This document shows positions 1 through 11,300 of a stretch of DNA of 46,570 nucleotides, piece by piece. The translations under genes were made by a program, and so were the position numbers. Source of the DNA: Chrysochromulina tobinii. Lineage: Eukaryota. The notes beneath the pieces were generated by a model. That model did no database searches. It was given only the letters and a program-made list of their open reading frames with translations, and had not been told where the DNA came from. Each line of letters begins with the position of its first letter. Within the stretch, counting starts at the first letter, position 1. The DNA is taken from contig JWZX01003284.1 of the NCBI GenBank assembly GCA_001275005.1, positions 1 through 46,570 on the forward strand, written 5' to 3'.

Positions 1-707
1 GGAGGCGGGGACGGTGGCGGAGGTGACGGCGGCGGCGGCGAGGGTGGCGGCGGCGACGGTGGAGGCGAAGGCGGCGGCGAGGGCGCGGTTGAGGGCGGAG
101 ATGGCGAAGGTGAAGGCGGGGGCGGCGACGGTGGAGAGGGCGGAGAGGGCGGAGAGGGCGGTGTACATGGCGGCTGCGGTGAAGGCGGAGGGGGCAATGG
201 TGGCGGTGGCGACCGGCGGCGTGGATAGAGGGGCGGCGGCGGCGGTGGAGGCGAAGGAGGCTGCAAAGGCGGTGGTGAGGGAGGAGGCGAGGGCGGAGGC
301 GGAAAGGGTGGCGGACTTGGCGTCGGCGGAGACAGAGGTGGCAAGGGTGGCATCGGGGGGCGTTCGGGGGGCGGTGGCAACGAGGGCGGCTGCGGCGGTG
401 GCGAGGGCGGCGAGGGCAGGGTGCAGCGCACGAATCCGCAGTCCGTGCAATCTGTGCCAAGCTCGCAGTCGGCAAAGGTCGAGCCGGCACCGCCGTCGTC
501 GCAGGTGCCGTCGATGGCGAAGCTCGGATTGCCGACGCATGCGTTGGAGCAAATGCAGCCCGGTATTTGCGGCGCGGGTGGTGCATGCGGCGGTACAGCC
601 ACGCTCAAACCGGCCATTGGTTCACGTGGACGTGCGTTGCGCGTACGTCGTGCGACCAAACAAGATTTCCGAAAGGTTAGCTCCACAAACTGTGGTTGCA
701 ATTGCAT
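1..707 (-). CDS. 5' part of a Pro/Ser-rich extracellular-type protein with a Cys-rich 'CDDGG...GTDCxDCG' module; runs off the left edge
   Basis: Not in the ORF track because there is no stop inside the window. The reverse-strand frame from ATG 707 (or 617) reads MAGLSVAVPPHAPPAPQIPGCICSNACVGNPSFAIDGTCDDGGAGSTFADCELGTDCTDCGFVRCTLPSPPSPPPQPPSLPPPPERPPMPP... The + strand ORFs 14..712 and 421..747 are its antisense shadows. Confidence 0.75.
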   Translation of the reverse strand, partial: MQLQPQFVELTFRKSCLVARRTRNARPREPMAGLSVAVPPHAPPAPQIPGCICSNACVGNPSFAIDGTCDDGGAGSTFADCELGTDCTDCGFVRCTLPSPPSPPPQPPSLPPPPERPPMPPLPPLSPPTPSPPPFPPPPSPPPSPPPLQPPSPPPPPPPLYPRRRSPPPPLPPPPSPQPPCTPPSPPSPPSPPSPPPPSPSPSPPSTAPSPPPSPPPSPPPPSPPPPSPPPPSPP

Positions 708-984
708 GTTGATGATCTCCCTGTCTTTTTGGATCGGTTGTGAGTGAAACTGTATCTAGTACACTGTAACAAACGAAACTCCATACGTGAAACATCGAGT
801 CGGCGCCCTCCGTGTCAAAAAAACAGCATCGACGTGGCCTGTGGCGAAGACTCCCAGCAGTGGGAGGGCGACCTATGGCCCCACCAGCTGCAATCTCGCC
901 TGCCGAACCTCGCCCCCAGCAGGCAGTGGCCGCTCCTGCGACGGTCCTGGACCTCCACGGAGGGTTTGCATCGAGAATGGACGT

Positions 985-1329
985 TCAGCTTCGGCGCTTG
1001 GCCTTCGCATCCTGTGAGGCCATGGTTGGCACCACGAAGCCCGTTCCCGGGAGCCGGGAGTCCGATGGCGTTGTGCGCGGCGGCGGTACGGTGACAGGAG
1101 GTGAGGCGTCTCGGGTAGGCTCATTTCTCTTCACGCTACGAAAGCCCACAGAGTAGCCCTGCCCCGTATCGCGTTCCTCAAAGGTGCGCCCAGTCCCGTA
1201 CCTGAAGTCAGGCTTGTCGAGTGTCGGCGTGCTCATCATGACTGCGCCCACCCGACTGTGGGTTGCATCGTACATGCCGAATGTGGTTGGTGGCACAAAT
1301 GTTGCGCCGAGGGAGCAGAGCTGCGCCAT
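985..1329 (-). CDS. Possible small hypothetical protein (may have an upstream exon near 1420-1486)
   Basis: 114-aa ORF with ordinary composition. Upstream on the minus strand is a GT..CTGAC..pyrimidine tract..CAG pattern compatible with an intron. No recognisable motif. Confidence 0.25.
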   Translation of the reverse strand: MAQLCSLGATFVPPTTFGMYDATHSRVGAVMMSTPTLDKPDFRYGTGRTFEERDTGQGYSVGFRSVKRNEPTRDASPPVTVPPPRTTPSDSRLPGTGFVVPTMASQDAKAKRRS

Positions 1330-1671
1330 GCCGGGGCTTTCACACGCGCTTCGAACACATAAGGCAAGAGAAAGAAAAAAAGGTCAGTCCGCCGCCAACC
1401 ATAATCGACATGTACCCGACGGATAGGCAGCGTCGCTCGGTGGTGCACCCCGCCGAAATGCGAATGTCCACGCCGAGCATTTCATGTCCTCAAGGTACGA
1501 AACACAAAGTCCTCAAAATCCTCAATTTACCGGTATAAATTGCGGCGAATGTTTTCGAGTCCAGGAATCCTATTTTTGTTCTCATGTCTCTCAGGCGACT
1601 TCGCGCGAGCGACTGAACCCGACCATCCACAAACGTAGGAATCCTACTCACCACGGCTGCTGTCCAACTCG

Positions 1672-4600
1672 ATGGTCGTCACATGCAAGACACAGCACTG
1701 GAATAAGGATGAAGGGGCTGCGCCCGTCCCGAATGTGTCCGCGGTCCAGCCGCAATCCATCGCGCTCAACCCCAACTCCGAGTCACCGATGCTCTACGGC
1801 AGTCCCGCCCAAGGCCCCTCAGCGATGCCGATGCTGTCAGTCGGCAACCCCACGGCGGGCAACGGGCTCCAGCTCAAAGGCACGCTCTGGGGCAGCCCGG
1901 GTGGCAAGGGCGGCGACGATGAGCTCCCGCTGCTCGGGGTGCTGGGACACAGCTTCGAGGGCAGCCCCAGCAGCCCCAGCTTCGACGGGCGTCAGAGTCC
2001 GCGGGGTTCGCCCACTCTCGTTCGCAAGGCGACGGACTCGAACAAGGCGCCCACGCGCCTGCACTCGCAGAATGGCCACCCACCGCGTTCGGGAGGCTCG
2101 GTGCACCTCTCGAGCTGTGGCCAGCGCTCGGAGCATTCGAACGTCGTCCTCACGCTCGAGGCGCCCCCGATCACCCACCGCCGACTACAGCCGTCGGCAG
2201 TGCAGCTCAAGCAGCAAGCTCTCGCTGCCGGCCGTTCGCAGCCGCCGGGCTTGAGCAAAACGCACAGCGCGGGCAGCAGCGGGGAGAGCGGCAGCGGTTC
2301 TGGTCAGAGCGCCATGCTACACTTGGCGGGAGGCGGTGTCGGCGGTGGGGAAGATTCCAGACGCAGAGATAGCCTCCGTCTGGACGACGGCAGCGACGCC
2401 CTGGACGCTTACCCTCGTGGCATCGACCTGCCCGCGTCCGTGCCCGCGGGCGGTGAGGAGGAGGTCGCGTGGCTACGAGCGCGCCTATCCGAAGGGCTCG
2501 CGCGCAACGAGCAGCTCGTGGCGCAGCTGCAGCGGTTGCAACAGGAGTCGCATGGGCTGCGCTCGACGCTGCTCGCGCACCAGGGCGCCAACCGGGCGAC
2601 CGTCGATGACTCACGGGTGCGCTCGCTACCCCCTTGGTCCCTTCTCCCGCTCGGATGCGCCCCCCTTGTGCCCCCGCCTTCCCTTATTGGTGTGGTTCGT
2701 TCTCGGCCTCCACTCGCCCTCCCCCGCTCCCCCTCTCCCTCCCCCTCCCCGCTCCCCCGCTCCCCCTCCACCGCTCCCCTCCCCCCCTCCCCGTCCAGGC
2801 CAAGATCCCGGCGGGCTCCATGCAGGGTAAGGGCGGCAAGATTGGCGCCGCCAACGGCCGCCACCGGAAGCGCGTCGACGGCCCGAAGGGTTTGACGATG
2901 GACGACGAGGAGGAGGCGGGCGAGGGCGTCGTGGTGCACGTGCATCCGAAGGCTGAGGAGCTCACGCAGCGCATCCTCAATACGCTGCATAAGAAGGCGC
3001 CCTTCGAGGGGCACGACGCCGCCGACCTGCTGCAGCTCGTGGCCGCGATGGCGCCTGTCGACGTGAAGGCGGGAGTCGATGTGGTGAAGGAGGGCGAGTC
3101 GGGCGACCTCGCGTACTGGGTCGACACGGGCTCGCTCACGGTGGTGGTTGGCGGCAAGGAGGTGGACACCATCGGGACCGATACGGTCTTCGGCGAGGTG
3201 GCGCTCGTGTACGACCTCGCTCGAACGGCGACCATCCGCGCCAAGGTCGACTCACGCATGTGGATCCTCCATCGCACTATGTTCACACACATCCTGCGAA
3301 ACAAGACGATCGCCGATCGGCAGGCCAAGTTCAGCTTCCTGCAGTCCGTCCAGATCTTCGGCACCCTCTCCGGGCGCATGCTTGCGATGGTCGTGGACGT
3401 GGTCGAGGAGGTCGTGCTCGGCGCGAATGAGGTCGTCATCAAGGAGGGGGATGAGGCTGACTCGATGTACATCATCCAGGAGGGGTTCGCGGCGGTCTCA
3501 CAAAAGGGCGCGAGCGCCGCCGACGGCGAGTCGCTGCTGCGCGATCTCAAGGCGGGAGATTACTTTGGCGAGCGCGCCTTGCTCAACGAGGAGCGACGCT
3601 CGGCCACCGTCACATCCACCTCGAGGATCAAGCTCATGCGGCTCGATAAGGAGTCGTTCCGCGTGCTGCTGAGCGTGCTGCATGCCGAGCTGCTCAAGCG
3701 CGTGCACAAGGACGAGCACAAGCAAAAGTCACCAGCCCCCTCGCCCGGCCACCGCCGCGAGCCCGTCGTCGGCGGCAGTGCATACACATCGCCACGCTCT
3801 TCCGTGAAGCCGAGCAAGCTCGAGCTGCTCAAGCAGCTTGGCTCGGGCGGGTACGGGCGCGTCTCGCTCGTGCGCGACACGTCGACGAAGCGCGTGTACG
3901 CGCTCAAGCGCGTGTGCAAGGCGCACCTGCTCTCGCACAACGGCATGATGCGCTGCGAGTGGCTGCTCCGCGAGAAGCGTGTGCTCGAGGAGCTCGAGCA
4001 TCCCTTCATCGTGACGCTGCATGACACGTACGCCGACACGAGCAATCTGTTCCTGCTACTCGGGTGCGCGCTCGGGGGCGACATGTACCGTCTCATCGAG
4101 AAGCTCGGGCAGGTGCACGAGAAGATTGCGCGATTCTACGCGGGCTCGCTCACGCTTGCGCTCGCGCACATCCACACGCATGAGATGATCTATCGCGATC
4201 TCAAGCCCGAGAACGTGCTGCTCGACACGCAAGGATACGTCAAGCTGTGCGACTTTGGGTTCGCCAAGAAGGTGACGGACCGCACGTACACGCGCTGCGG
4301 CACGCCCGACTACACGGCGCCCGAGATGCTGCTCAACCAGGGTGTGAACCAGGCGTGTGATTGGTGGGCGCTCGGCATCATGATCTTCGAGATGCTGATG
4401 GGCTTCCCGCCCTTTTCCGACCCGCGCGGCAACGATATGGCCACGTACCAGAACATTACCAAGGGCGAGTTGAGCAAGTATTATCCGGCGTCTTCCACGG
4501 CCACCGACGAGGCAAGGGCCCTCATCCAGGGACTCTGCACGGTCAAGGTGGCCTACCGCCTCGGCTACCTCAAGGGCGGCGCGTCGGACGTGATGGCACA

Positions 4601-4841
4601 CGCGTGGTTCGCGGGCTTCGATTGGGACGGTCTCGTCAATCTCACTGTCGAGTCGCCATGGCGGCCGGCGCTCACCTCGTCCGTCGACACGATGTGCTTC
4701 GATGAGCCCGAGGGCACCCTATCCCTCGATGGGCCGACCACCATCAAGGCGATCGGCCATGAGCTAGAAGCGAAATGGGCGGCGCTTATGTCGGAGTATG
4801 CCAAGGATCGCGGTTTGAACGAGACGAGCCACCTGACATAG
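1672..4841 (+). CDS. cGMP-dependent protein kinase-like (coiled coil, two cNMP-binding domains, AGC kinase domain); exons 1672-2616 and 2799-4841
   Basis: cNMP cassettes FGEVALVYDLARTAT and FGERALLNEERRSAT. Kinase motifs GSGGYG, ALK, YRDLKPEN, DFG and CGTPDYTAPE. A phase-0 GT..AG C-rich intron at 2617-2798 joins ORF 1672 to ORF 2634 in frame. Exon 1 has the heptad segment LARNEQLVAQLQRLQQESHGL. Confidence 0.9.
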
Positions 4842-5187
4842 CCGTGACGAAGGCAGGCCGGGCGAGGCTAGGCAAGGTGTGGCGTCCTAGAAGAAGGAGG
4901 GCCCTGCCTTTCGGAGGGAGGTCGGGGGGAAGGAAAGGGTGCGAGCGTGAGCATGAATCCTAAGCGCCCACGAGAGGGCGACGTGTTGGTTGCATATTCG
5001 GTAACATGGTTCGGTACGGCCTGCAGCCCACTGGGCGCGGATGCCTGGGCGTGTTACATTGTACTGTGTATTGCATGCAAAAAGTCTCTCGAGGACTCGA
5101 TTTGGGAGAGAAAACCCTTTCTGAGCCATCTCTGGATTCCGCCCCTTGCTGAGCAAGGGAGAAAAAAGTGGGCGTCCCTGAGGTGGA

Positions 5188-7021
5188 TGCACAAGCTCAG
5201 CGAGTCCACACCGCTCATCTCGAAAGGGCGGTACGCGTTTGAGCGACTCGGCATCGATTCGCGAGAGGTGTGGAGTATCATCATCATCGTGCTGCTTTTC
5301 ATCGGCAAGGGCGTCCAGCCGTTTGTCACGGACATCGTGCACGTGACGCAGGCGGCGCTGATCGAGGACAAGACGCTCGACATCACATTTACGGCGCTAG
5401 GCGGCCTCGTGGGCGTGCAGGACTTCACGTCCGGGGTCGCCAAGCTGAGCGTGCCCATCGTGCTGCGCAACTTCGGGCCGAGGATTGTGTATCTCACAGT
5501 GCTCTTCGTGGGCGCGTGCAATACGCTGGCGATCGCGAGCATCGAGGGCGACGTGAGTATCACCGTAATCTTCTCGGGCACTGTGCTGCAGTCGTTCGTG
5601 CACTCGTGGTTGTACCCGGCGACGACGATGACCATCTGCGGCTGGATGGATGGGTCAGTGCTGGGGCGCTCGATCGGTATCGTGGCTGTGGCGACCAAGA
5701 TCACGCCCATCTTCATGGCGCTCATCTACGGCCACCTTCTCGACGTGGGCACCTGGCGGACGTGCTACTACTTCGCCTCCATCCTCTTTGCGAGTATCTT
5801 CGTCGTCTTCTTCGTCTTCATGCGCTCGTCGGCAACCTCCGTCGGCTTCCGCATGCCCGCGCAGCCCACCTCGGGCAAGAAAGGCAACAAGAGGGGCGGC
5901 GAGGATGGGCCCGTGACGGCGCCGAATCGGCCGCCGCCCCTGGGCAATGAGCCGAGCAGCCTCCGGGCTCTATACATCATCAGTTGCATGCGGCGAACGT
6001 GGGCGCTCTTGCTGGGCTTCACCTGCCTCGTCCTTCTGAAGGGGAGCGCCAAGTTTGCGTCGCTGTACGCCAAGCAGAAGCTCGGAGTGACAGCGAGCCA
6101 GGGCACGACGCTCTTCACCACGTACGCTGTCGCAAGCGTCGTCTCGGGCCTGTGCGGCGGCTTCGTGTACGACGCTGTGCCCGAAGGCAAGGTAGGCATC
6201 GGGGTGTTGATGACCTCGCTCAACCTACTCAACCTATCCGGCTTCATCTACGCCCTGGTGCTTGAGCAGATGGACTTCGTGACGATGCCGCTGCTGCAGG
6301 TGTACATGTTCATCGTGGGATTCGCCTCGGTCCTGCCAGTGAGCTTGCCTTTCCAGATCTACGCGATGGGCATGGGCGGCGTCGAGCACTGCGGCATGAT
6401 CGTCGCGGCATTCGAGTGCTTCGCTCTCATTGTCGAGTCACTATTCGACGTGGTCATCGGCTGCTTGCTCGACCAAAAGAACTTTAGCGTGTGGCTCTCC
6501 CTCAACATCGTCTTTGCCACGCTCGGCACCGCCTTCATGGCCCTCTTCTACATTCTTGACTATCGGAAGTCGCCCAAGGCCAACGTGCTCACCTCCGTGC
6601 CCAGGTGAGTGCCACTGATTGCCTCTGATGGCCTCTGATGGCCTCTGATGGCCACTGATGGCCACTGATGGCCTCTGATGGCCACTGATGGCCTCTGATG
6701 TTCGCTGATGGCCTCTGAAGGCCTCTCGCAATCGCCACTGATGACCACTGATGACCATCGACCGCATGCTCGTTGCCTCCGACCAGCCTCAACTCGATCA
6801 CGCGCACCTACTCGAAGCTTCGCCTTTGGGCAGAAACGCTCACGCCCTCGTCCTCGTGCGCCTCTCTCGCCTCCATCGGCTTTGGGAACCCGTCGGAGCC
6901 TTCGTCACCATCCACGCGAGATGGCAGCACACGGCGCAGCCCGATTTCTCCGTCAGCGAGCTGCAAGGGCATGGTGCCAACATTGGCGCCCGGATCGCCC
7001 CCCAAAACTGCAGAGTCTTGA
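5188..7021 (+). CDS. Major facilitator superfamily transporter; exons ~5188-6604 and 6787-7021
   Basis: Two bundles of about 6 hydrophobic helices separated by a hydrophilic loop. MFS-like segments 'LRNFGPRIV' and 'GWMDGSVLGRSIG'. Intron 6605-6786 (GTGAGT...GACCAG) joins in frame to LNSITRTYSKLRLW. The start is uncertain because the ORF is open to 4947. Confidence 0.8.
6612..6757 (+). repeat. Intronic decamer array (CTGATGGCCT/CTGATGGCCA variants)
   Basis: Directly visible tandem repeats inside the MFS intron. Confidence 0.9.
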
Positions 7022-7231
7022 ACATATTCCAACTACGCTCTCCGTTCGTCCGGTGGTGCGACGAGGTGCGGCGTCGCGGACCGGACCCCCGTTCGTCCGG
7101 TTGGGTCCCTTATTCGGGTCCCCGGGGGGACCGACAGCGGGCGTCCCCGTCTTGCAGACTTGCACTTTGAAGTTTTACAGAGCAACCCTAGAGCGTGAGT
7201 ATCTTCCTGAAAGGAGTAAAAAAGTCCCACA

Positions 7232-8074
7232 CTACGGCCCCGCCTGCCCCTGCTTATACTCGCGCTCGACGATCACCGGCCCGGAGCCCTTGCGCCAGTC
7301 GGCCACTGCAGCGGCAAAGGCCGCCCTCTCCGTCTCGCGCGTGAGCGCGTGTCTCGCCCTAGCCTCGGCGAGCGCAGCGTTCGAGTAGCGACGGCGCTGA
7401 TTCGACTCGCATACGGCCTGTACCGCGGCATGCAGCGCCGGCCGGGCACGCTCGGGCGAACTCACATTCTCAATGCCGATCGGCGGCGTCGGCAACTTCT
7501 CGAGCAGCCGCCGCAGGCTCTCAGGAGCGCTGGCGTCGAGCGCCGCCGCGAGCTCGGCCGCGCCTAATGGGCAGCCCGTGAAGACGAGCGCCGTGTGAGC
7601 GAGCGCCGACTCGCCGCAGTTCGCGACGAACGCATCTACCGCCGCCTCATGGTCCGGCCGAAAGCGACCCCACCGCACGACAAACAAGAAGACGTCGATG
7701 CCGGAGGGCGTGAGGTCCGAAAAGGCGGAGAAGCGCCGCATGACCTCCTCCGCGGGCAGACCCGTGTCGTGAAGCCCGATCGTATCGACGACGCGCATCT
7801 CGACCACCTCCTCAGCAATAAGCAGATAGTCACGGTGGGCCACGCCGGCAGTTTCGGACGATAAGCCGCCGCTGACGGCAAAAGCGTCCAATGCGCCGCA
7901 CAGCGTATTGCCCGTGCTCGACTTACCGTCGCCCGTGACGCCGACGAGCACGATCGCGCGCAGATTCGCGTCCTCCTCTGGCTCGGAGGACTGCTGTGCC
8001 TCCGCGAGTGCCAGAAGAGCTTGCATCGATTGCTCCGCCGCGCCGATGTAAAGATCCAGCCCCTCTTTTCTCAT
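7232..8074 (-). CDS. AIG1/GIMAP (IAN)-family P-loop GTPase
   Basis: IVLVGVTGDGKSSTGNTLCG (G1), VVDTIGLHDT (G3), 'GIDVFLFVVRWGRF', 'HTALVFTG' (G4 region) and a C-terminal helical tail. Start placed at ATG 8074; ATG 8026 is an alternative. Confidence 0.85.
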   Translation of the reverse strand: MRKEGLDLYIGAAEQSMQALLALAEAQQSSEPEEDANLRAIVLVGVTGDGKSSTGNTLCGALDAFAVSGGLSSETAGVAHRDYLLIAEEVVEMRVVDTIGLHDTGLPAEEVMRRFSAFSDLTPSGIDVFLFVVRWGRFRPDHEAAVDAFVANCGESALAHTALVFTGCPLGAAELAAALDASAPESLRRLLEKLPTPPIGIENVSSPERARPALHAAVQAVCESNQRRRYSNAALAEARARHALTRETERAAFAAAVADWRKGSGPVIVEREYKQGQAGP

Positions 8075-8358
8075 TGTGAATGGGGGCACCCCCCGCCGAG
8101 CGTCCGGCGCCCGCGCCCGGGCCGACTCCCCTGTGGGGAAAACGGGGAGGAGTGGTAAAGATCCGTTCATATGAATACACACAACACGTGAGCAGCACAG
8201 CCTTTCACAACACTCCAACACGTACAACGCAACGTTCCCAGGACAAAGAAACATCAACTGCACACGCATGGAAAGTCCTACCATAGTATGGAAAACAAAT
8301 TTCCAAAAACTTCTATGTTGCCTCTTGCGACCTGTGCGCCGACGCCCTCGAGTGAGGC

Positions 8359-11300
8359 ATGCCATACATTGACCTGCCCGGCAGTGCCATGAAGCGTGGC
8401 TTTAGATTGAGCCGCGCCGCAGCGAACCGGCCGTACCGCGAGTGGACGGACGAGGGGCCGCAGCAACCGTCCATGGACGCGGGCTACTCTCCGGTGGACG
8501 ACAAGCGTGCCAAGCGTGAGGCGGCAATCGTCGTGCAGCGGTGGTACCGCCGGCAGCTGCTCAAGTTCGCCACCTTCGGGCCGGTCATATTCACGCGGCG
8601 CGACGGCAAGCTCGCCGATTTTGGCTCGCTCTCGTTCCTCGGCGGCACGCGGATCGCCTACTACATTCGCATCTCGGACACTACGTCATCGGCTATGCTC
8701 TCGCACTTCTTGGAGAAGTATTGGCGGCTGCCGCGACCGGACGTGCTCATCTCGGTCACGGGCTCTGCCGCATCGCTCCAGCTGACCTCGCAGCTGCAGC
8801 GGGTCTTCGACCGCGGCCTCGCGTCGGCGGCCGCGATGACGAACGCGTGGATCTTCACCGGAGGCACGGACAGCGGCGTGATGAAGCTCGTAGGCGAGGC
8901 GATGCATAAGTACGGGCTGGTGGACGTGCCGGTCGTGGGCGTCGCGCCGTGGGGCGCGATTGCGGGGCGCAAGGAGCTGAGCGACAAGAAGGGTCAAACC
9001 ATCGAGGTGATGGCATGGCAATACGAGTGCGCCTCTGCGTGCGCCTCTGAGTGCGCCTCCGAGTGCGTCCAATTGCCTGCCTCATCAGGTGATGTACGGC
9101 AAGACCGGGATGGACACTGTCGGCCGCCTCAACCCCTACCACACGCATCAGATCCTCGTGGACGCGCCGGACGGCGGGAGCGAGGCCACCGCCTGGGGCT
9201 CGGAGATCGGGCTGAGATCGCGCCTCGAGCGCACGTACGCGATCACAGTGATAGATGGCCATTGATGACCTCTGATTGCCTCCCTCATCAGGCTCGGAGA
9301 TCGGGCTGAGATCGCGCCTCGAGCGCACGTACGCGGTCGCAGTGATAGATGGCCATTGATGACCTCTGATTGCCTCCCTCATCAGGTATGCGATCTCGAA
9401 GGGCGTGCCCGTAGTGCAGCTCGTCATCCAGGGCGGACTGGGCACGCTCGACACGTGCATCGCTTCCGCTGAGCTCGGATCGCCGTTACTCATCCTCGCC
9501 GACTCGGGCGGCGCGGCCACGGCCATCGCGCAGTTCTGCACGGGGGGAGAATCGGGGGGAGGTGTGTGAGTGCATGCGGAGTGCCTCGCGGACTACATCT
9601 CTGAGTGCATTCTGATGGCATCTCTGAGTGCATGCTGAGTGCCTCGCGGACTGCATCTCTGAGTGCATGCTGATGGCATCTCTGAGTGCATGCTGATTAC
9701 ATCCCTCATCGCGGATTGCATCTCTGAGTGCATTCTGATGGCTGATGGCGCATCCGCTCTGAGTGCATGCTGATTACATATCTGAGTGCATGCTGATTGC
9801 ATCTCTGAGTGCATGCTGATAGTGCATCCGCTCTGGCGGTGGGGGATTCTGATTGCCACGGATTGCCACGGATTGCCACGGATTGCAGCACGCTCTGACG
9901 GGTTGGGGATTCACGTGGAATCCTCGACGCGCTCGAGAGTGCCGTGTGATTGCATCTGTGAGTGCCGTGTGATTGCATCTTTGATTGCATGCTGACTGCC
10001 TCTGTGAGTGCATGCTGCTGAGTGCAGGAGGGGACATCGACGCGGTTGAGAGCGCCGACTTCATCGCGCAGGAGCCCAAGCTGCGCCAGCTCAAGTCGCT
10101 CAACGACGAGCGCGGGGGCACGTTGCTCAGCTTCTTCAAGCTGCAGGATGAGGACTCTCAGCAGAACATGTCGAGCGCCATCTTGGGCGCGCTCTTCCGG
10201 AACCTGATGTTCCACCAGCCGGGCCAGGCGGTGGGCAGCTCCATCACGCCGGCCATGCAGCGCCTGGCCAAGCGCCGTTCTGAAGTGTACGACGGCGCGG
10301 CGGTGGTGAAGGCGGCGACAGATGAGATCTTCAAGCGTTACCTCGATCAGATGCAGGTGTGTGATTGCCCTCGATTGGTTGCTGTGATGGCCTCACTCAT
10401 CACAGAGGCACGGGATTCCCGCTGATGGCCTCACTCATACAGAGGCACGCGGGATTGCCGCTGATGGCCTCACTCATCACAGAGGCACGCGGGACTGCCG
10501 CTGATGGCAACGATGTGCGACTGATCGGCATGATGTACGGCCATGGGCATGTACATACGATTATACATACGATTATACATACGACTGATCGGCATGATGG
10601 CTTCCCTCGGCAGCGCGCGCTGCTGCTCACTGTCAAGTGGAATCAGCCAAGCTTCGCGAGGCGCATTCTCGTCGACCTGCCACCCTCGCACGATCACACG
10701 CGCCCGATGCGTAAGATGCTTCAGCATGCGATAGGACAGCGCCGGCTGGAGATCGTGCGCCTGCTGCTCGAGCGCCCAGGTGCGATCTCCCTTGATGACC
10801 ACTGATTGCATGCCAATGGCACCCGATCGTGCGCCTGCTGCTGCTCGGACGTTCAGGCACCGCAATCTCGTCTGTCAGCCTGTGCCAGCTGTACTTGCTT
10901 GAGGACCCGTACAATTACTTACGCCGAGATCTCGCGCTCCAGGCGAGATTACAGCGAGCTCTGAGCGAGATCGCGCGAGATGGGAACACACAGGCCCAAT
11001 GGGGTTCCGCCTACCTTCTCTTCCGCAACACGGTTGGACCCACGCTTCGAGCGGTCACGCCGCTGCTCGGCGGCATCATCGAGAATCAGCGTCTTTGCAC
11101 GCACGCCGATGTCTTCTTCTGGTGAGTGCCCTCTGATGGCGCCTCTAATGGCCTGTGATGGCCTGTGATGATGGCCTCTGATTGCATTTCTGGTGAGTGC
11201 CCTCTGATGGCGCCTCTGACGGCGCCTTTGATGGCCTCTGATGATGGCCTCTGATTGCATCTGATGGCCTCCCTCATCAGGTGCGTCTTCATGGGCGACG

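Noticed and set aside
14..747. + strand Ala/Gly-rich ORFs
   Set aside because: Antisense shadows of the minus-strand Pro/Cys-rich gene.
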